46,746 nucleotides of DNA from Chlorokybus atmophyticus (lineage: Eukaryota; Plantae; Mesostigma and Chlorokybus algae): NCBI GenBank assembly GCA_009103225.1, contig RHPI01002532.1, positions 1 to 46,746 of the forward strand, given 5' to 3'. Position 1 is the first letter of the stretch. Every line of letters starts with the position of its first letter. Shown in pieces: positions 22,076-34,788 of the stretch. Made by a program: the position numbers and the translations under genes. The notes under the pieces are model-generated. The model saw nothing but the letters and a program-made list of their open reading frames with translations. It searched no databases and was not told the DNA's origin.

Positions 22076-24143
22076 TGTCCACACCTAATGTTTAAGGGGT
22101 TCTCACCCTAAGTGTAACCAACCAATGAGTTTGCCAGAACCTCATAGATTATCTTATGTATCTTGTGCCATATCTTATGGCCACACCAACACACATCTTC
22201 AAGAGACAATTAGTGTTTTTACTAATTGTTCTCGAATAAACATAGAGCCTTCTTGGCTGTAGCTTAGCGGCAAGTGCTGAGCGCGTCGTCGCGCCCCTCG
22301 GCGTGACGCCTACCGCGCTAACAGTCACGCCGCGTGACTGCGACTGCCGCTCGCGCGTCTTGCCGCGTGACGCGAGACTCACATGAGCACTTGCGGTGCT
22401 CGCCGAGGTTTGCAGATATGCGGTACTTTGTGACTAAACAGTAATCACGTATTCCATGAGTACTTGACCACCACATTGTTGGCAACAAGCACATATACTT
22501 GTTGTAAACTTATTATATGTATGTTTGCACACTTGCATATACACCCATATGATTTTCCAAGCACTTTACTTGGAGTATAAACTACCAGCGCATTACAACG
22601 AGAGCGGCTATCAGGTTACGCCGATCAGCATGTAATGTTACACGCCTGAACATTCCCTTAAGATATAAGATATATGCTCTCTTGTACAGCATCAGTGCGC
22701 AACATGCCTTCTTTTAATCGGCACCGATGATCACGATAACGCCATAAATTCAACTGGGAGTATTACGAACCCCGATTGGGCATGAGAGCCTTGCACATGC
22801 ATAGGCAGCCATATAGATCCCCACACACGGATCTCATGATTGTTCAATAAGGAAATTGCCTCCTTGCATAAACCGACATGTATACCAAGGCGCCCCACCA
22901 GTGCTTTGCTTGCGCAATTCTTTAGTTTACTAATGTCTATCATCATAATTACTTGGATGTGTTATATAATATTTGTATATATAACCTTCAATGCGTGCAT
23001 GGTTGAATGGGTTGCTATACGGATGGATGTATACACGTGTGCGTGTGCGTTCGTGCATGCTCATGATCATGATCGTGCATAGTCCCTAATAAGATTACAT
23101 ATTTGTAGATAGCCAAGTATGGTACACGAAGTATAAATATATAAAACAACGTAACATCGCCAAGTTACGGATGTCGATTTTTTGTTATTTGTATTTAAAA
23201 AGTAACACTAGCATGCTTATAACGCAATTATTGCCTATGTGCTTGTCAATCAATAAAGCTGATTTGGTGCAAATACCGCCGCTTGCAATCGCCTAGTGGC
23301 CTATGGCACTCAAAGTCATTACAATGTGCACATTGTAATTACCATATGATGCCAGTATTTTGCTGCTTGTACGGTACATGCACTTGCAGTTTATTGGTTA
23401 GGGCGTCATGTTTGTTTAATTGAATATCATAAAGCATAGGGTTTAATCCATGGACGCATGTGTTTTTGTATAATCATGTTGAAAATGCCGCGGCCTCGTG
23501 TGCCGCATATCGGGCATGACCGATGCCGTTGGCTCAAGATGTATCAATTTACACTGCATTTGCAACCACTTCATTTGCCACAAATACATAATAATGTTCA
23601 TTATCCGCTGGCCCGTCTTTAGTCAAAATGCGACCACAAACCGGCCGAATTCAATATGATGCGACATCAAAGAAACATGGGACTACTCATACGAGATTCA
23701 TACCATACATAGTCCGGCTTCCATTACAGTTGGACCGTCCATGCTCCGTCACTTAGCAGGGGCAGCTTGAATGTTAGGCGGTGCAACCTGCAGGTCAAAG
23801 CCCTTCCGAAACCTCCGGGGGGCGGCAATGCCGTGGCAGCGTTGCATGTGATCACTACCGCTGTCCTCGCCGTCGCCATAACCATTGTCAACCTGATGCT
23901 GACTGTATTTGGCCTTTCACGAAGCGTAAGGCGCCCGCCGCCACCACCACCGCCGCCGCCATGCGAATTGCTCAGCGCTAATACCGCTAATTGGCAAATA
24001 TGCTTTTCTGACGGCAGCATCAAATTGCAAAACATGTTAGCTTGCACACCGCCTAACGCTAAAGGACCATAAATGGCCCGTGCCTTCGGACCAGCATTTT
24101 CCCCTGCTAAGTAAATGATGTACCATTGATAGGGACAGTCATT

Positions 24144-24330
24144 GACAGTGGGACCATGCATGGTCCAAAGTTCATATGAATGGTCCCACGTTTTTTCCGG
24201 GGTCGCACCATGTATAGCTTGGTCAATTTCGCTCGCGTCCGAACCAGGTACAGTCGGGGGAGCGGACTAGAGACCAAATTATGATATTACGCAAATTTAG
24301 GTATCATTGGTCCGGCCAGCGGACTATTAA
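24144..24330. repeat. Orphan DNA-transposon subterminal fragment with a GGACCATGCATGGTCC palindrome
   Basis: Perfect 16-bp palindrome at 24151-24166 plus several GGTCC/GGAC half-sites. Confidence 0.55.
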
Positions 24331-24629
24331 ATGTACCGTTTATACAAAACAATTATATTAGAGTGTAAATGCAGCAAAAGCAGCTGGATCTCGTACTGAC
24401 GGCCGGTTGGCGACTATCGATTGTTATAATCACATGCTGTAATAGCATCATGTTATGTAAATCTAAACATGAATGGACAGCCGCAATTCGGCTGCCATGG
24501 TAATAAAAATACGACGTTTGGTTGGGGGGGCTGTCAAGATGTGCACGGCATGCCAGTAATCTTGTTGGGGGCTGTCAATAACAGCCCCTTTCAAATGAAA
24601 CATATACATACACATGCATACATACATAC

Positions 24630-24632
<3 letters not shown>

Positions 24633-24690
<58 letters not shown>
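24633..24690. repeat. (GT)n microsatellite
   Basis: About 29 units. Confidence 0.95.
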
Positions 24691-24694
<4 letters not shown>

Positions 24695-26279
24695 CAGAGT
24701 AGTTGAGATTGCAATAGTATGCATGATGCGTATGCTAGCACACGTGGCACAAGCGTGTGTATAACAGCTGCTTGTGTCTTGCATGAAGTATAATGTATAG
24801 AGTATAACATATGTCTATATGACACAATGTGTAACGCATGTGAATGTACAACATTTGCACAAAACATCAACATATCAATGATATGCCTTAATGTTAATTA
24901 CTATTCTCATATATACAGTAGTCCATGTAGTAATGCACGCGTTAAAGGTTACATATACAGGTTATATTACGTTATGTATTGTTACAAAGCTTGGCATGAC
25001 GTATGCGTATATATTATCATTGCATGCATGTATAAAGAACTTGTTTACAATACACATTTTGCAACTTGGTGCACATGCAATTATGGTATTTATAAGATAA
25101 TTGCACAGACAGCCCCTTACAGCTTAATGAGCCCGGCTGTCAATCAAGTACCGTATGTACCCCAACACAGTCCCCCCTTTTTATACAGCCCCCCCCTCGA
25201 TTTTGCTGAGGGGGACTGTGTACGGGGGGGGACTGTGTTACAGTAGGGGGGACTGTGTTGTGTAGCTGGGCGCAGCACAGTCCCCGCCCAAGATACGTCA
25301 TCCAACCTTCAAGTTACGCCCATGGTCGTAATTGGGGTTTTCTGCCGCCGAAACAGCGGCGTTAGGGTTGTTGAGCTGGTTGGCGAGGTTGTTGAGGTGG
25401 GGCGGCGGTGAACATGGTGGGGGCGAGAGCTGCAAGGCATGCAGCGCGCAACCGCTTGGAAAGAGAAGCTGCTGCTGCCAAGGAGGCTGCCAAGATAGCT
25501 GCAGAGGCGGCAGCCAAGGCACGTGAGGCGCCCACCAGGCTTGCGACAGAGGCGGCAGCAGAGCGGCTGGACGCGGGTGGTGCGCGGCCCACCGGCATCC
25601 AGAAGCGCGTCAATGCTGCCCGCACCAACAACGGGCGCAATAGGAGGTACAAGCGGCGAGCATTCACATGCCACCAAAAGGTATGTTTATGCAATGTGCT
25701 TTGTGTATTGGTAATAGTGCATGCTGTTACTGCTCAGCACAATCAGCGTGTGCATATGCAAGTTTGCTTAGCAGTGTTGTGTGCTGTGTGTACTTGTGAC
25801 AATGCATGCTACCACTGCTCAGCACAATAAGGGTGTGCATTTGCACATGTACTTAGCTGTGCTGCGTGCTGTGACAATGCATGCACGCTCACACACTTGC
25901 ATGCACGTGACGCATGTGTATGCGTGCATGCACTGTTGCTGCGTGCTATGTGTCTGGCTGGCGTGACTAACAAAGTGTTACATGCCAGCGCAAGTTCATT
26001 GACATTGCCAAGCATCTTGGCATGCAAAGAACCGAGCGCGAGCACGGCATCCACGCCAAGAGCTTGCGGAACTGGCTTAAGCAAGAGCTAGAGATCAAGT
26101 CTGCATGTGCAAGTGATTGTAGGCTAAAGGGTGGCGGGAGGACACTCTCAATTCCAGAACTTGACACTCTTGTGTGCAACTACATTGTTGACAAGAGGTC
26201 GCGTGGGTTGGGAGTGACACAAGGCATGATCAGGGTATGTTTATGCATGTGGTACACTTGTGTTTGCATCAAGGGCTGC

Positions 26280-26830
26280 ACGCACTTGCACGCACACACG
26301 CACGCGCACAGCTGCACCACTCTAGCATGCACACGCACACGGAGCTGAACCATGCACGCACGCACACGCACTCCCGCACGCACACGCACGCGCACATGCA
26401 CACACATGCACGCAGCTGCACACACACTCACGTACATGGCTGCACCACTCACGCACGCATACACACACGCACGCAGCTGCACACACACACTCACGTACAT
26501 GGCTGCACAACTCACGCACGCATACACACACGCACGCAGCTGCACACACACACACTCACGCACGCAGCTGCGCCAGCTGCACACCCACGCACCACTCGCA
26601 CACGCACACGCAGACGCACGCAGCTGCACACACACACGCACTCACACGCACGCAGCTGCACCACTCGTGCCCGCACTCATGCACCCACACGCACACGCAC
26701 ATGCACACGCAGACGCACGCAGCTGCACACACATGCACACACATGCAACAATGCACTGCACACGCACGCGCACACGCACACGTATCTCAAGGGCACAACC
26801 ACACACACGCACGCTGGTACACTCAGCAAA
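26280..26830. repeat. Complex CA-rich minisatellite (CACGCACGCAGCTGCACA units) filling transposase intron 2
   Basis: Direct reading; it lies between donor 26235 and acceptor 26877. Confidence 0.85.
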
Positions 26831-27330
26831 CGCACACACCAGCACTTCAATAGCTCAATCAACATGCATGTGTGCAGCTGGAGGCCAAGCGGCTAGTTGC
26901 TGAACACAACGCCAACCTCAATGATGATGGCGATAAGTGGCAGTTGAAGGCCTCCCTCAATTGGGTGGTGCGCTTCATGGCGCGCCATGATCTTACTGTA
27001 CGGGCACGCACTAAAGTAGGTCAGAAGCTCCCTCGTGATCTCGCACAAAAAGTTGAGGGCCACCGCATGTTCATTACCCTCATGAAGGAGCGGCACAAGT
27101 ATGCCTCCAGTCAGGTCGTCAACATGGATGAAGTTCCAGTCACGGTGGACATGCCCGCGACTCGCACGGTCAACCAGCAAGGCAGCCGCACTGTCACCAT
27201 GAACAACAGGTGAGACATGCATGCGCATGCAATCATGCAATCATTGCATGCTGATTCTGGCACAACACAACACATGTATGGCCTGGCCTCACACTCATTG
27301 AGCAGGCAACGAGAAGAAAAACATTACCGT

Positions 27331-27721
27331 GGTGTTGGCCTGTGCAATGGACGGCACCAAGCTACCGCCAGTCGTCATTCTAAAGCGCAAGACTCTGCCT
27401 TCTGATTTGATCATACCAGAGGTGTGGTGGTGTGGGCGAATGAAGCGGGCTGGATGGATGAGGCACACAAGTGTGAGTGGGTCGAGGCGGTGATGCGCAA
27501 GCGGCCGAAGCGGGTTTTTGGCACTTGGGTGTTGGCCTGTGCAATGGACGGCACCAAGCTACCGCCAGTCGTCATTCTAAAGCGCAAGACTCTGCCTTCT
27601 GATTTGATCATACCAGAGGTGTGGTGGTGTGGGCGAATGAAGCGGGCTGGATGGATGAGGCACACAAGTGTGAGTGGGTCGAGGCGGTGATGCGCAAGCG
27701 GCCGAAGCGGGTTTTTGGCAC
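27331..27721. repeat. Tandem duplication of ~194 bp (period 197) inside the DDE exon
   Basis: 27331-27524 recurs at 27528-27721, separated by TTG. Confidence 0.93.
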
Positions 27722-28571
27722 GAGAGTGCTGCTTTTCTGGGATTCCTTTTCAGCACACATGTGTGAGTCCGTGAAAGCAGCAACGCAGCTGGCGGTATCG
27801 ATCAAGCTGTCATTCCGGGTGGGTGTACGCCTATTCTTCAACCTTTGGATGTAGGGGTGAACAAGCCTTTCAAGGACATGCTTCGTGCACAGGTGAGTTG
27901 CTAAAATGTGCATGTGCTGATGTTGTGAGGAGTGCACAACTCACACGCTAGGTTGCATGTAAGTTTGTGTGCGTACCACCTGGGTGAGCTGCTCTTGGGT
28001 AAGGTTGCAATAACGGTTGTCATCTTAGGTTGTCAGTCATGATTAACATTGTGCTTTGTTGGTGTATGCAGTGGGCGTTGTGGATGGCAGACCCAGCCAA
28101 CCATTCCTACACTGCAAGCGGCAACTTGCGGCACGCGGACTGGTCAACCGTAGTGTCGTGGGTGCATCAGGCTTGGGAGGAGTTGTCAGTGCAGACCATC
28201 ATCAATGCCTTCAAGAAGGCGGGCGTGTGTGAAGCTGATTGGATCCCGGAGCAGGTCGTTGATGACAATGCGGACAATGTCGTCGATGTAGATGAGTTGC
28301 CGTTGGAGGTACAGGAAGAGCATGTGATCTCAGATTTGGAGAAGTTGCGTGTGCGCGATGAGGCCAATGCTTCAAGGGCTAACCATATCGAGCTATCCAG
28401 TGATGAGAGCGAGCTTGATAGCATGTGTACTAGCAGTGATGATGATGCACAGGAGGTTGATGGTGATGACTCTGATGATGATCTTGTGTAGTGAGAGATT
28501 ACTTGTGTTGGATGTTGTTGCTAGCATGTGTGATTCCCTCGCACGCACGCGCGCGTACGCACACACGCATG

Positions 28572-28607
<36 letters not shown>

Positions 28608-28866
28608 GAAACACACGCGCGCGCGCGCGCGCACACACAGCAGGCAGCGCGCGTTATATGTCAATACAATCCCCCTCAAGGGGAATACTAAAATGGGGGG
28701 GGGGACTCTAAGGTCAAAACACAGTCCCCCCCCCCAAATTTGCGGGGGGGGACTGTGTTGGGGTAAATACGGTAGCCGCCGACCGATTGCTGTTGACCAC
28801 CTGTCGGTGAGCATTTTCCGACAATCGGGGCGGCCTGTCAATAAGCTCAGAGTTATGTGTAGGGTA

Positions 28867-30350
28867 CGGTGCCCTAACTTCGGACTGATCCTAATTTCGG
28901 ACATCTGGCCTGTATGCGTGCTAAAGGAGCTGTAATTGGTGAACTCGGTGGCCAATTGGCTTGAAACTTGTGGCTGAGCTGTGATTGGCCATGATCAATG
29001 CCACTAGCTTGAAAGGACTATCCGAGTTGAACAAGGGCGCCAACTTTTGAACTTTTTAGAATTGTTTTTGCTGGTGGTTATGTGCAATGGACTTTGAAAG
29101 GGCGCCATTAATGATTGTGGTTAACTATCGCGGAGCACTTTTTTTCATGTGATAGCTTGTCCAATGAGGCTTATAATGAACCTTTAATTAGTGTATTTGT
29201 TAAGATATGCATCTGGCTATGGCCCAAATAGTGCTAGTACTTAAGTTGTTACGTGTTGGATGAATTTGCATACTAGTGCGTGTGAGGTTAGAGTAAGAGC
29301 AATGTAGATTGGGAGGTGGGTAATTTTTGTTAGTGAGCCACGACGAGGGTATATATAAACTAGAGTAGGCTGCACTGAGTAACACAACTGCTGCTGGTGA
29401 GTGTGCTTGACTGTGAGTGTGACAATGGTGCGTACTCGAACAAGAGGCAGTAACGAGAGTGGGAGTCCTTTAAGCGATGTGACCAACAACAGCCGAGTAC
29501 GTTCTTTATTGTATTGCTTGCTGGCTATACAAGTTTCTATCCGGGTGTATCCAAGCATGCTTGCTACTATGTTATGTATACCATGCTTTCATGCTAGCGG
29601 AACCAGTCAAAGAGGTGTAGGTCAGCAACGTGTGCTGACATATCAAGCTCTCATCCCTCTGGTTGGCATGCAGGCCCCTGAGGACCATACTCCCCCTGCC
29701 AGACGCAAGCGCAAGAATCCTTCCACCCCATCTGCGCTAGCCAAAGGCAGAACTGCAAGAAACATCAGCACACAAGACCTGCGCTCTCTCGTGCATGGCA
29801 AAGGGTTGAAGTATGCAATGTATTCTCTAAAGTCCCCCCTCATGAAAAGGATGATGGCAGCATGTGAGCTGATGCGCAGAGGTGAACGATCCCTACGTGA
29901 GGCGGCTGAAGACGTAGGTGTACCCAAGTCCACTCTGTCAGACTACTACCGCAGCCCCACAAAGTTTGATGACCCACGTGCACATGGCCGCATCCCCACC
30001 CTGTCACACTCAGAGGAAGAAATATTACTTCGCTCGGTTATTGACATGTGCAGACATGCCATGTATGTCACCGTCGTGCACAACAATGGGTGAATACAAC
30101 ATGCAACAGTGCAGCAAATAAGCATGTATGTTTAGCTGACTGACAGTGCGTGTGGCCAGGTGTTTCACGTTTTGAATGGCTCAGAGGAGAGATTGGGGCG
30201 CTTTTGAGAGATCCCGGGAAAGAAGTGGTGCAGACTATTCCTGTCACGCCACAACATAGCTATGAGAGTTGCAGAAGGCCTTGATTAACGTCGTTGGAAG
30301 TGGGCCACTAAGGAGCATGTGAGCGCCTTCTTTGTGTTGTACGAAAGGTT
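28867..30350 (+). mobile_element. 3'-truncated second pogo-like (Fot1/Jerky-like) transposon
   Basis: The end TA|CGGTGCCCTAACTTCGGAC has a repeated CCTAA(C/T)TTCGGAC motif, and TATATAAA lies at ~29352. HTH-psq SLREAAEDVGVPKSTLSDY is followed by CENP-B-type PGKKWCRLFLSRH in the next exon, which has stops. No DDE domain or right TIR. Confidence 0.75.
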
Positions 30351-33300
30351 GGAGAAGTTTACTTGCTTGCTACTGTTTAACAACGGTATTTCGTGCATGA
30401 CACACCTAACATCTTGTATGCACACAGGAGCATGCATACATGACCACACATTTGACGGCCGACCGCCGGTTATACAGCTTTCGTAACGGCGACCTACTGT
30501 TATGGCAATTGAGTGTATGTTCAGGCCCCTAATGGCGACGGTTGCTACGGATGAGTCAAACTTGACCCGCGGGCGGCCTCCGGCCGTACATAAGCCGCGA
30601 CGGTGACCAACCTACATTGGCAAGCAACACCACTCAGTTCCAATCCAGTCTCCTAAGAGGGACGAGCGATGGCGGCGAGTACCTATCAGTCCGGTTAGTT
30701 ATACGCGGTACACTTAATGGAACAATAGTACCATTGCGATGGTACAACAATTTTATCAAAGTATCATATATGGTACTCATCATTCGATTGTGTAATGGAG
30801 CCGTTGTATTTTGATGGTACGATCATACCATTGGACTTCAAGCCGTTGAGCGTTTAAAACGCAGCAGCGTTTAAAACGCTCAACGGCTTCATGTTCGAGG
30901 ACAGTTGTGCGGCGACGGCGGCGGCCGCAGTATGTGAATGTGTGTGTACACAGAGTAGTTGAGTTGTATGCATAATGTCATGTTAAGTGCAACAGCGCAA
31001 TCAAACCGTGCATCTTGCAGGCCAGGTCTGGTCAAGCCACCCTAGGGCGGTGGCGGCGGCGCCAATGGCATCATGCCATGATGGTAGTTCAGTTTGTTTA
31101 TATGTGTAATCTGTCATAGCGTATGATGCCGTTGTGTTGACGCCCTTGCCGATCAGACCAAGCCGCGGAGGAGCGGCGGCTAAGTATAAGGGTAGAGTAT
31201 CTACACCTATAGAATAGTAGTAGTAATAGTAGTAGCCCAATGTAGCTTACAATGTAGCGTAGCAACAGGTTGCAATGTAATTTATATATAATCTATTGAT
31301 ATTTTCATTTTGTGAATCAGTTAAGCTTGTGACTCGCCGTCTCTCACAGTTAACGACAATCGCATGCAGCACCTGCTCAAAACTAAACGGTACCGGTAGG
31401 TCCTGGGGACATTAACGTCACGTACTTTGAAAGTACCATGAGGTACCCCAAAGGTGTCTGATAGTTAGGCACCTTTGAGGTACAGTCGCCGGTACCTAAG
31501 TGTTAGGTACCAATTTGTTATGGTCAGTCCCCTTTGCTTGACTAATGGGTATTCAACAGGTACTTGTCAGTCTAGGTTAGTCTCTTTATGAAAACGGCCG
31601 TCGACTGATAGAGACGGCCGCTATATCAGGTCCTTGTATCGAGATTACAGGTGAACTGAGCCACGACAGTCCAACTGAATATCCTCAGGTGCACGGCCGT
31701 TGTCAATATTTGGTTGGCTGGTAGGGGAAACATTTTGCGACAATGCGGGCATGCATTAGAGCAATACTGCATGCGGCTGTAATGCGTGCTCATATGTTGT
31801 TACATACGTTGTAACCCACCCTTTTTGCAAGACCCCACCGCCAGGAAAATGCCCCTACCCTGAGTTTGGAGCCATATCGCACCGCGCGACGTTAGCAACT
31901 CACCACTCGATAATGCGCGGTGCAATGTAGCCCCCTAAACTCATTGCAAAGGGCAATTTTATAAAGCTTATGAAGTTGATTTTTGTAAACGCCCTTTAAG
32001 CATGACATACAATGTACGTCTACTTTATACCATTGCGTAACCGTTCCTGACGCACGTAGCAACTGACAACGCTTGCAGTGATCACTTCTACTTGGTTCTT
32101 AAAAAGTACAACGCTTGCTGCATGTCACATAATAACATAAGTCAATAGTTGCAATTAAAAAGTTGTATGTTTCTGTCACGATTTGGGATAAATTGCAACA
32201 GACCTCACTCATGGTAGCGTCTTTTGCTACCATAACCTTGTGGTCGGAGCCCAATTGTTACAATGGTAACGGAGCTTGATGTCTCAGGTTCGATTCTCGT
32301 AGGGAACTGAGGCAGATTCAAGGGCAAAAAACATTTGAGGCGGCTCGACCAAAGCTGGGCGCAGGTTCGCAACCTGCGCGCCGAGCCAAATTTAAGCTAT
32401 GGCTGCGTGAGCGGTCGCGCCGCGTTGGCGGGTCGCGCGATGAGGATGGCCGCTGCACTTCGATCAATTATTACCGTTCGTAGGCCGGTTACATAAGGCC
32501 GCAGGCGGACCGGTCGTGGTACGGCCGTGACCACGGCGACGTGGGCTAGGAAGTTGTTCATTGAATAATGAGGAACCCGTGGGTTAAATTAGGGAGGAAT
32601 GTTATAATTATTGTAACGGGAGCAATAATAATAGGGGTATTATTGCTACCTAAATATCACATTCTGTATAAATAAGTATCTAAATATGCTTATTTACACC
32701 TCTTTTTTACGTTTCCTCGCTTATTTGAAGGCTACAATGCTTTATCATAGCTTAAATAAGTCCCAATGGGTGTAGAACCGCTTATTCAAGCCTATTTAGT
32801 GTCACATTTAATAAGATGTGATCATTATCTCGTTAGTTCCTTACGATAGGTATCTTTCGATAGGTACCTTATCGATAGGTACCTTATCTGAGCTGTGATT
32901 TGCTCACGCTAGATTTCATAACTACCCTATCTGTAGGGTCGATGTCTAGTTGTGAGTTAATTATCGAGAGGTATATATTTGATATGCTCTTGATGTAAAA
33001 GGTGACATCAAACTGATGCGGGAACTTTTCAGTGCTCGGCTCAGTGGCGGCTACGCCGTTGAAAGGCTTGTCATAGGCGGTGTGGGTGTTGGGGAAGAGG
33101 ATTGAAGTTGCATCACCGGCGACGGTGGTGCTGTTACATTGGTATCCTGGAGCTTGGGGGAAACGTGGGTACTTATAGGGGGCGGCGACCTGCTTTCGGC
33201 CAATTGAAAGGCGTCAGCGGCGGCCTCATATTCGTCCACGCAGCCCAAGCTTCAATTTAGCTTCCCTGCGCTACCTCCACGTCGAAGCCACCCATCAAAG

Positions 33301-34008
33301 AGGCGGCCTCTCTACGTGTGAGGTACAATCACATATGTCGGTGACTTGCCTGCTTGCCAGGTGCTCGCCAAGTGCTTGCCAGTTGCACGTGTGTACTTTC
33401 ATGCACAATTATTCAGTGACTTGCCAGTGCACGAGTGCGGCTTGCTAGTGTGCCATCATTGCTTGTCACACTTAGTACACTATCATTGCTTGCAGTGATT
33501 GCCTGTCATTGCATGCGGTGATTGCTTGGCATTGTGCTTGCCACAGTGCATGTCACAGTTGGTCACTGTACGGCTTGCCTGTTGCATGCTAGTGACGTAC
33601 CTGTGACCTGCCAGCTACTTTTCCGGGTCGCTTACCCGGGTCCGTAAGTTCCGAACTAAGCTGTTCCCAAACCCTCCCCCTCTGACTTTGGCCTGGAGAT
33701 CGGGACTTGGTTAGGACAGTTTTGGGGAGGTTCTAGGACATATTGTTACAAACACTGTCTGTCTGAAACCCCCCCCGTCTGGCTTCGGCCTGAAGATTGG
33801 GACTTGGTTGAGGACAACACAGGGTTAGAACATTCTGGTCCCAATCAGACTTTCTCTGTTTGGTGACACTCCAGATCCAACCTTTTCTATTTTGAGACTG
33901 GTTTGAACTCTGTTTGGGACTTTTACAACTTGGGGTCATTTTGATCCTCGTTGAACCTGGTCCATTCGTGAGGTTCTCACCATTCCATTTTGCCTGTTTT
34001 GCAGACAA

Positions 34009-34560
34009 ATGGAAGAGAACTCGGTGCCCACCTCAAAGGGGGAAAGTTCGCAAAACGAGCAATTATCCCGTGAGGAGGAGTTTTCATCCATGGAGGATAT
34101 TTCCAAACCGGATGATGCACCTGATGAGTCTCATGCTGCTAAGGATGTGGATGGCTTGGTGGAGCCAAACGGGCCACCACCACCACCATCATTCGTGCAG
34201 CCTGCAATCTCACTTCGCTTGACAAAACAGGAGTTGATGGACCACTTTCTTGGCACCTATGATGAGGAGCCTCCTGAGGCAATTGTCTCGCCCGTCAACT
34301 TCCTCTTGTATGCGGCAGAAAAGATCTCAAAGCTCACCACCTTTATGGGGCGAGATTGGGAGGGGTCAATGGGTGAAAGCAAACGTGTTTTGAACATGAT
34401 CGAGCGCCTTCAACGTTCTGACAATGGTCCACCTGTTCAGGCGCTTGCTGGACCTGCCGAGTTTGTTCCCAACAAACAAGCGGCAATTTTCGACTGGCTC
34501 GTCAAGCTGAGACACTATGTCAACTCCCTTCACATTTCTTGTGACGATGCTCGTGCTCAC
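34009..34560 (+). pseudogene. gag-like ORF fragment preceded by a repeat-rich leader (33330-33850)
   Basis: IFDWLVKLRHYVNSLHI resembles the Ty3 gag W+..+..Y+ motif. The ORF runs into LTR-like sequence. Confidence 0.4.
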
Positions 34561-34788
34561 ATACACAGCACACAAGTCATACAACACATGTGTGCACACT
34601 GAGCACAGTCTTCACACCGGAACCTTGCCTTCCCTCGCGCATACGCATGCGTTGAGCCCGCACACGCACATGAACACTACTACTTCTCACACCAAGCAAG
34701 AACGCAGCAGTGTGCCTTGGATCACGCCTCTCTCAAGCATACACCAGTATACTCCATCAGAGAGCAGAAAGCAAAGTTGGTTGTATTT

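Larger units (their letters stand above)
25414..28491 (+). pseudogene. Intron-containing pogo transposase (Brinker-like HTH, CENP-B HTH, DDE_1), frameshifted
   Basis: Exons ~25414-25680, 25989-26234, 26878-27209, 27306-27892, 28072-28491. The triad is NMDE / WDSF / QPLD, with 35 residues between the last two D after repairing one frameshift. At least three frame lesions and an internal duplication. Confidence 0.88.
25151..28772 (+). mobile_element. Full-length pogo-superfamily (IS630/Tc1/mariner) DNA transposon, 3622 bp, DD35D (Passer/POGK-like)
   Basis: 27-bp TIRs CCGTAT(G/T)TACCCCAACACAGTCCCCCC match at 26/27, and both ends are flanked by TA (25149-50, 28773-74). Extra ACACAGTCCCC sites lie inside both ends. 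Confidence 0.93.

Noticed and set aside
23724-24161. Helitron/PIF1 helicase fragment (AATALPPPGG..LHRLTFKLP resembles AATLLPGG.T.HS.FK+P)
   Set aside because: There is only one loose motif. No convincing Walker A/B, Rep HUH/Y2 motifs or Helitron ends are present. A profile search could revive it.
24500-25145. Separate TIR element from GGGGCTGTCA/ACAGCCCC motifs
   Set aside because: The motifs resemble the pogo binding site, but no paired TIRs or TSD can be defined.
26180-26903. His/Thr- and Cys/Val-rich ORFs
   Set aside because: They are translations of the CA minisatellite inside a transposase intron.
32250-32320. tRNA or tRNA-derived SINE (B-box-like GGTTCGATTC)
   Set aside because: The T-stem pairs poorly and no anticodon arm or acceptor stem can be drawn.
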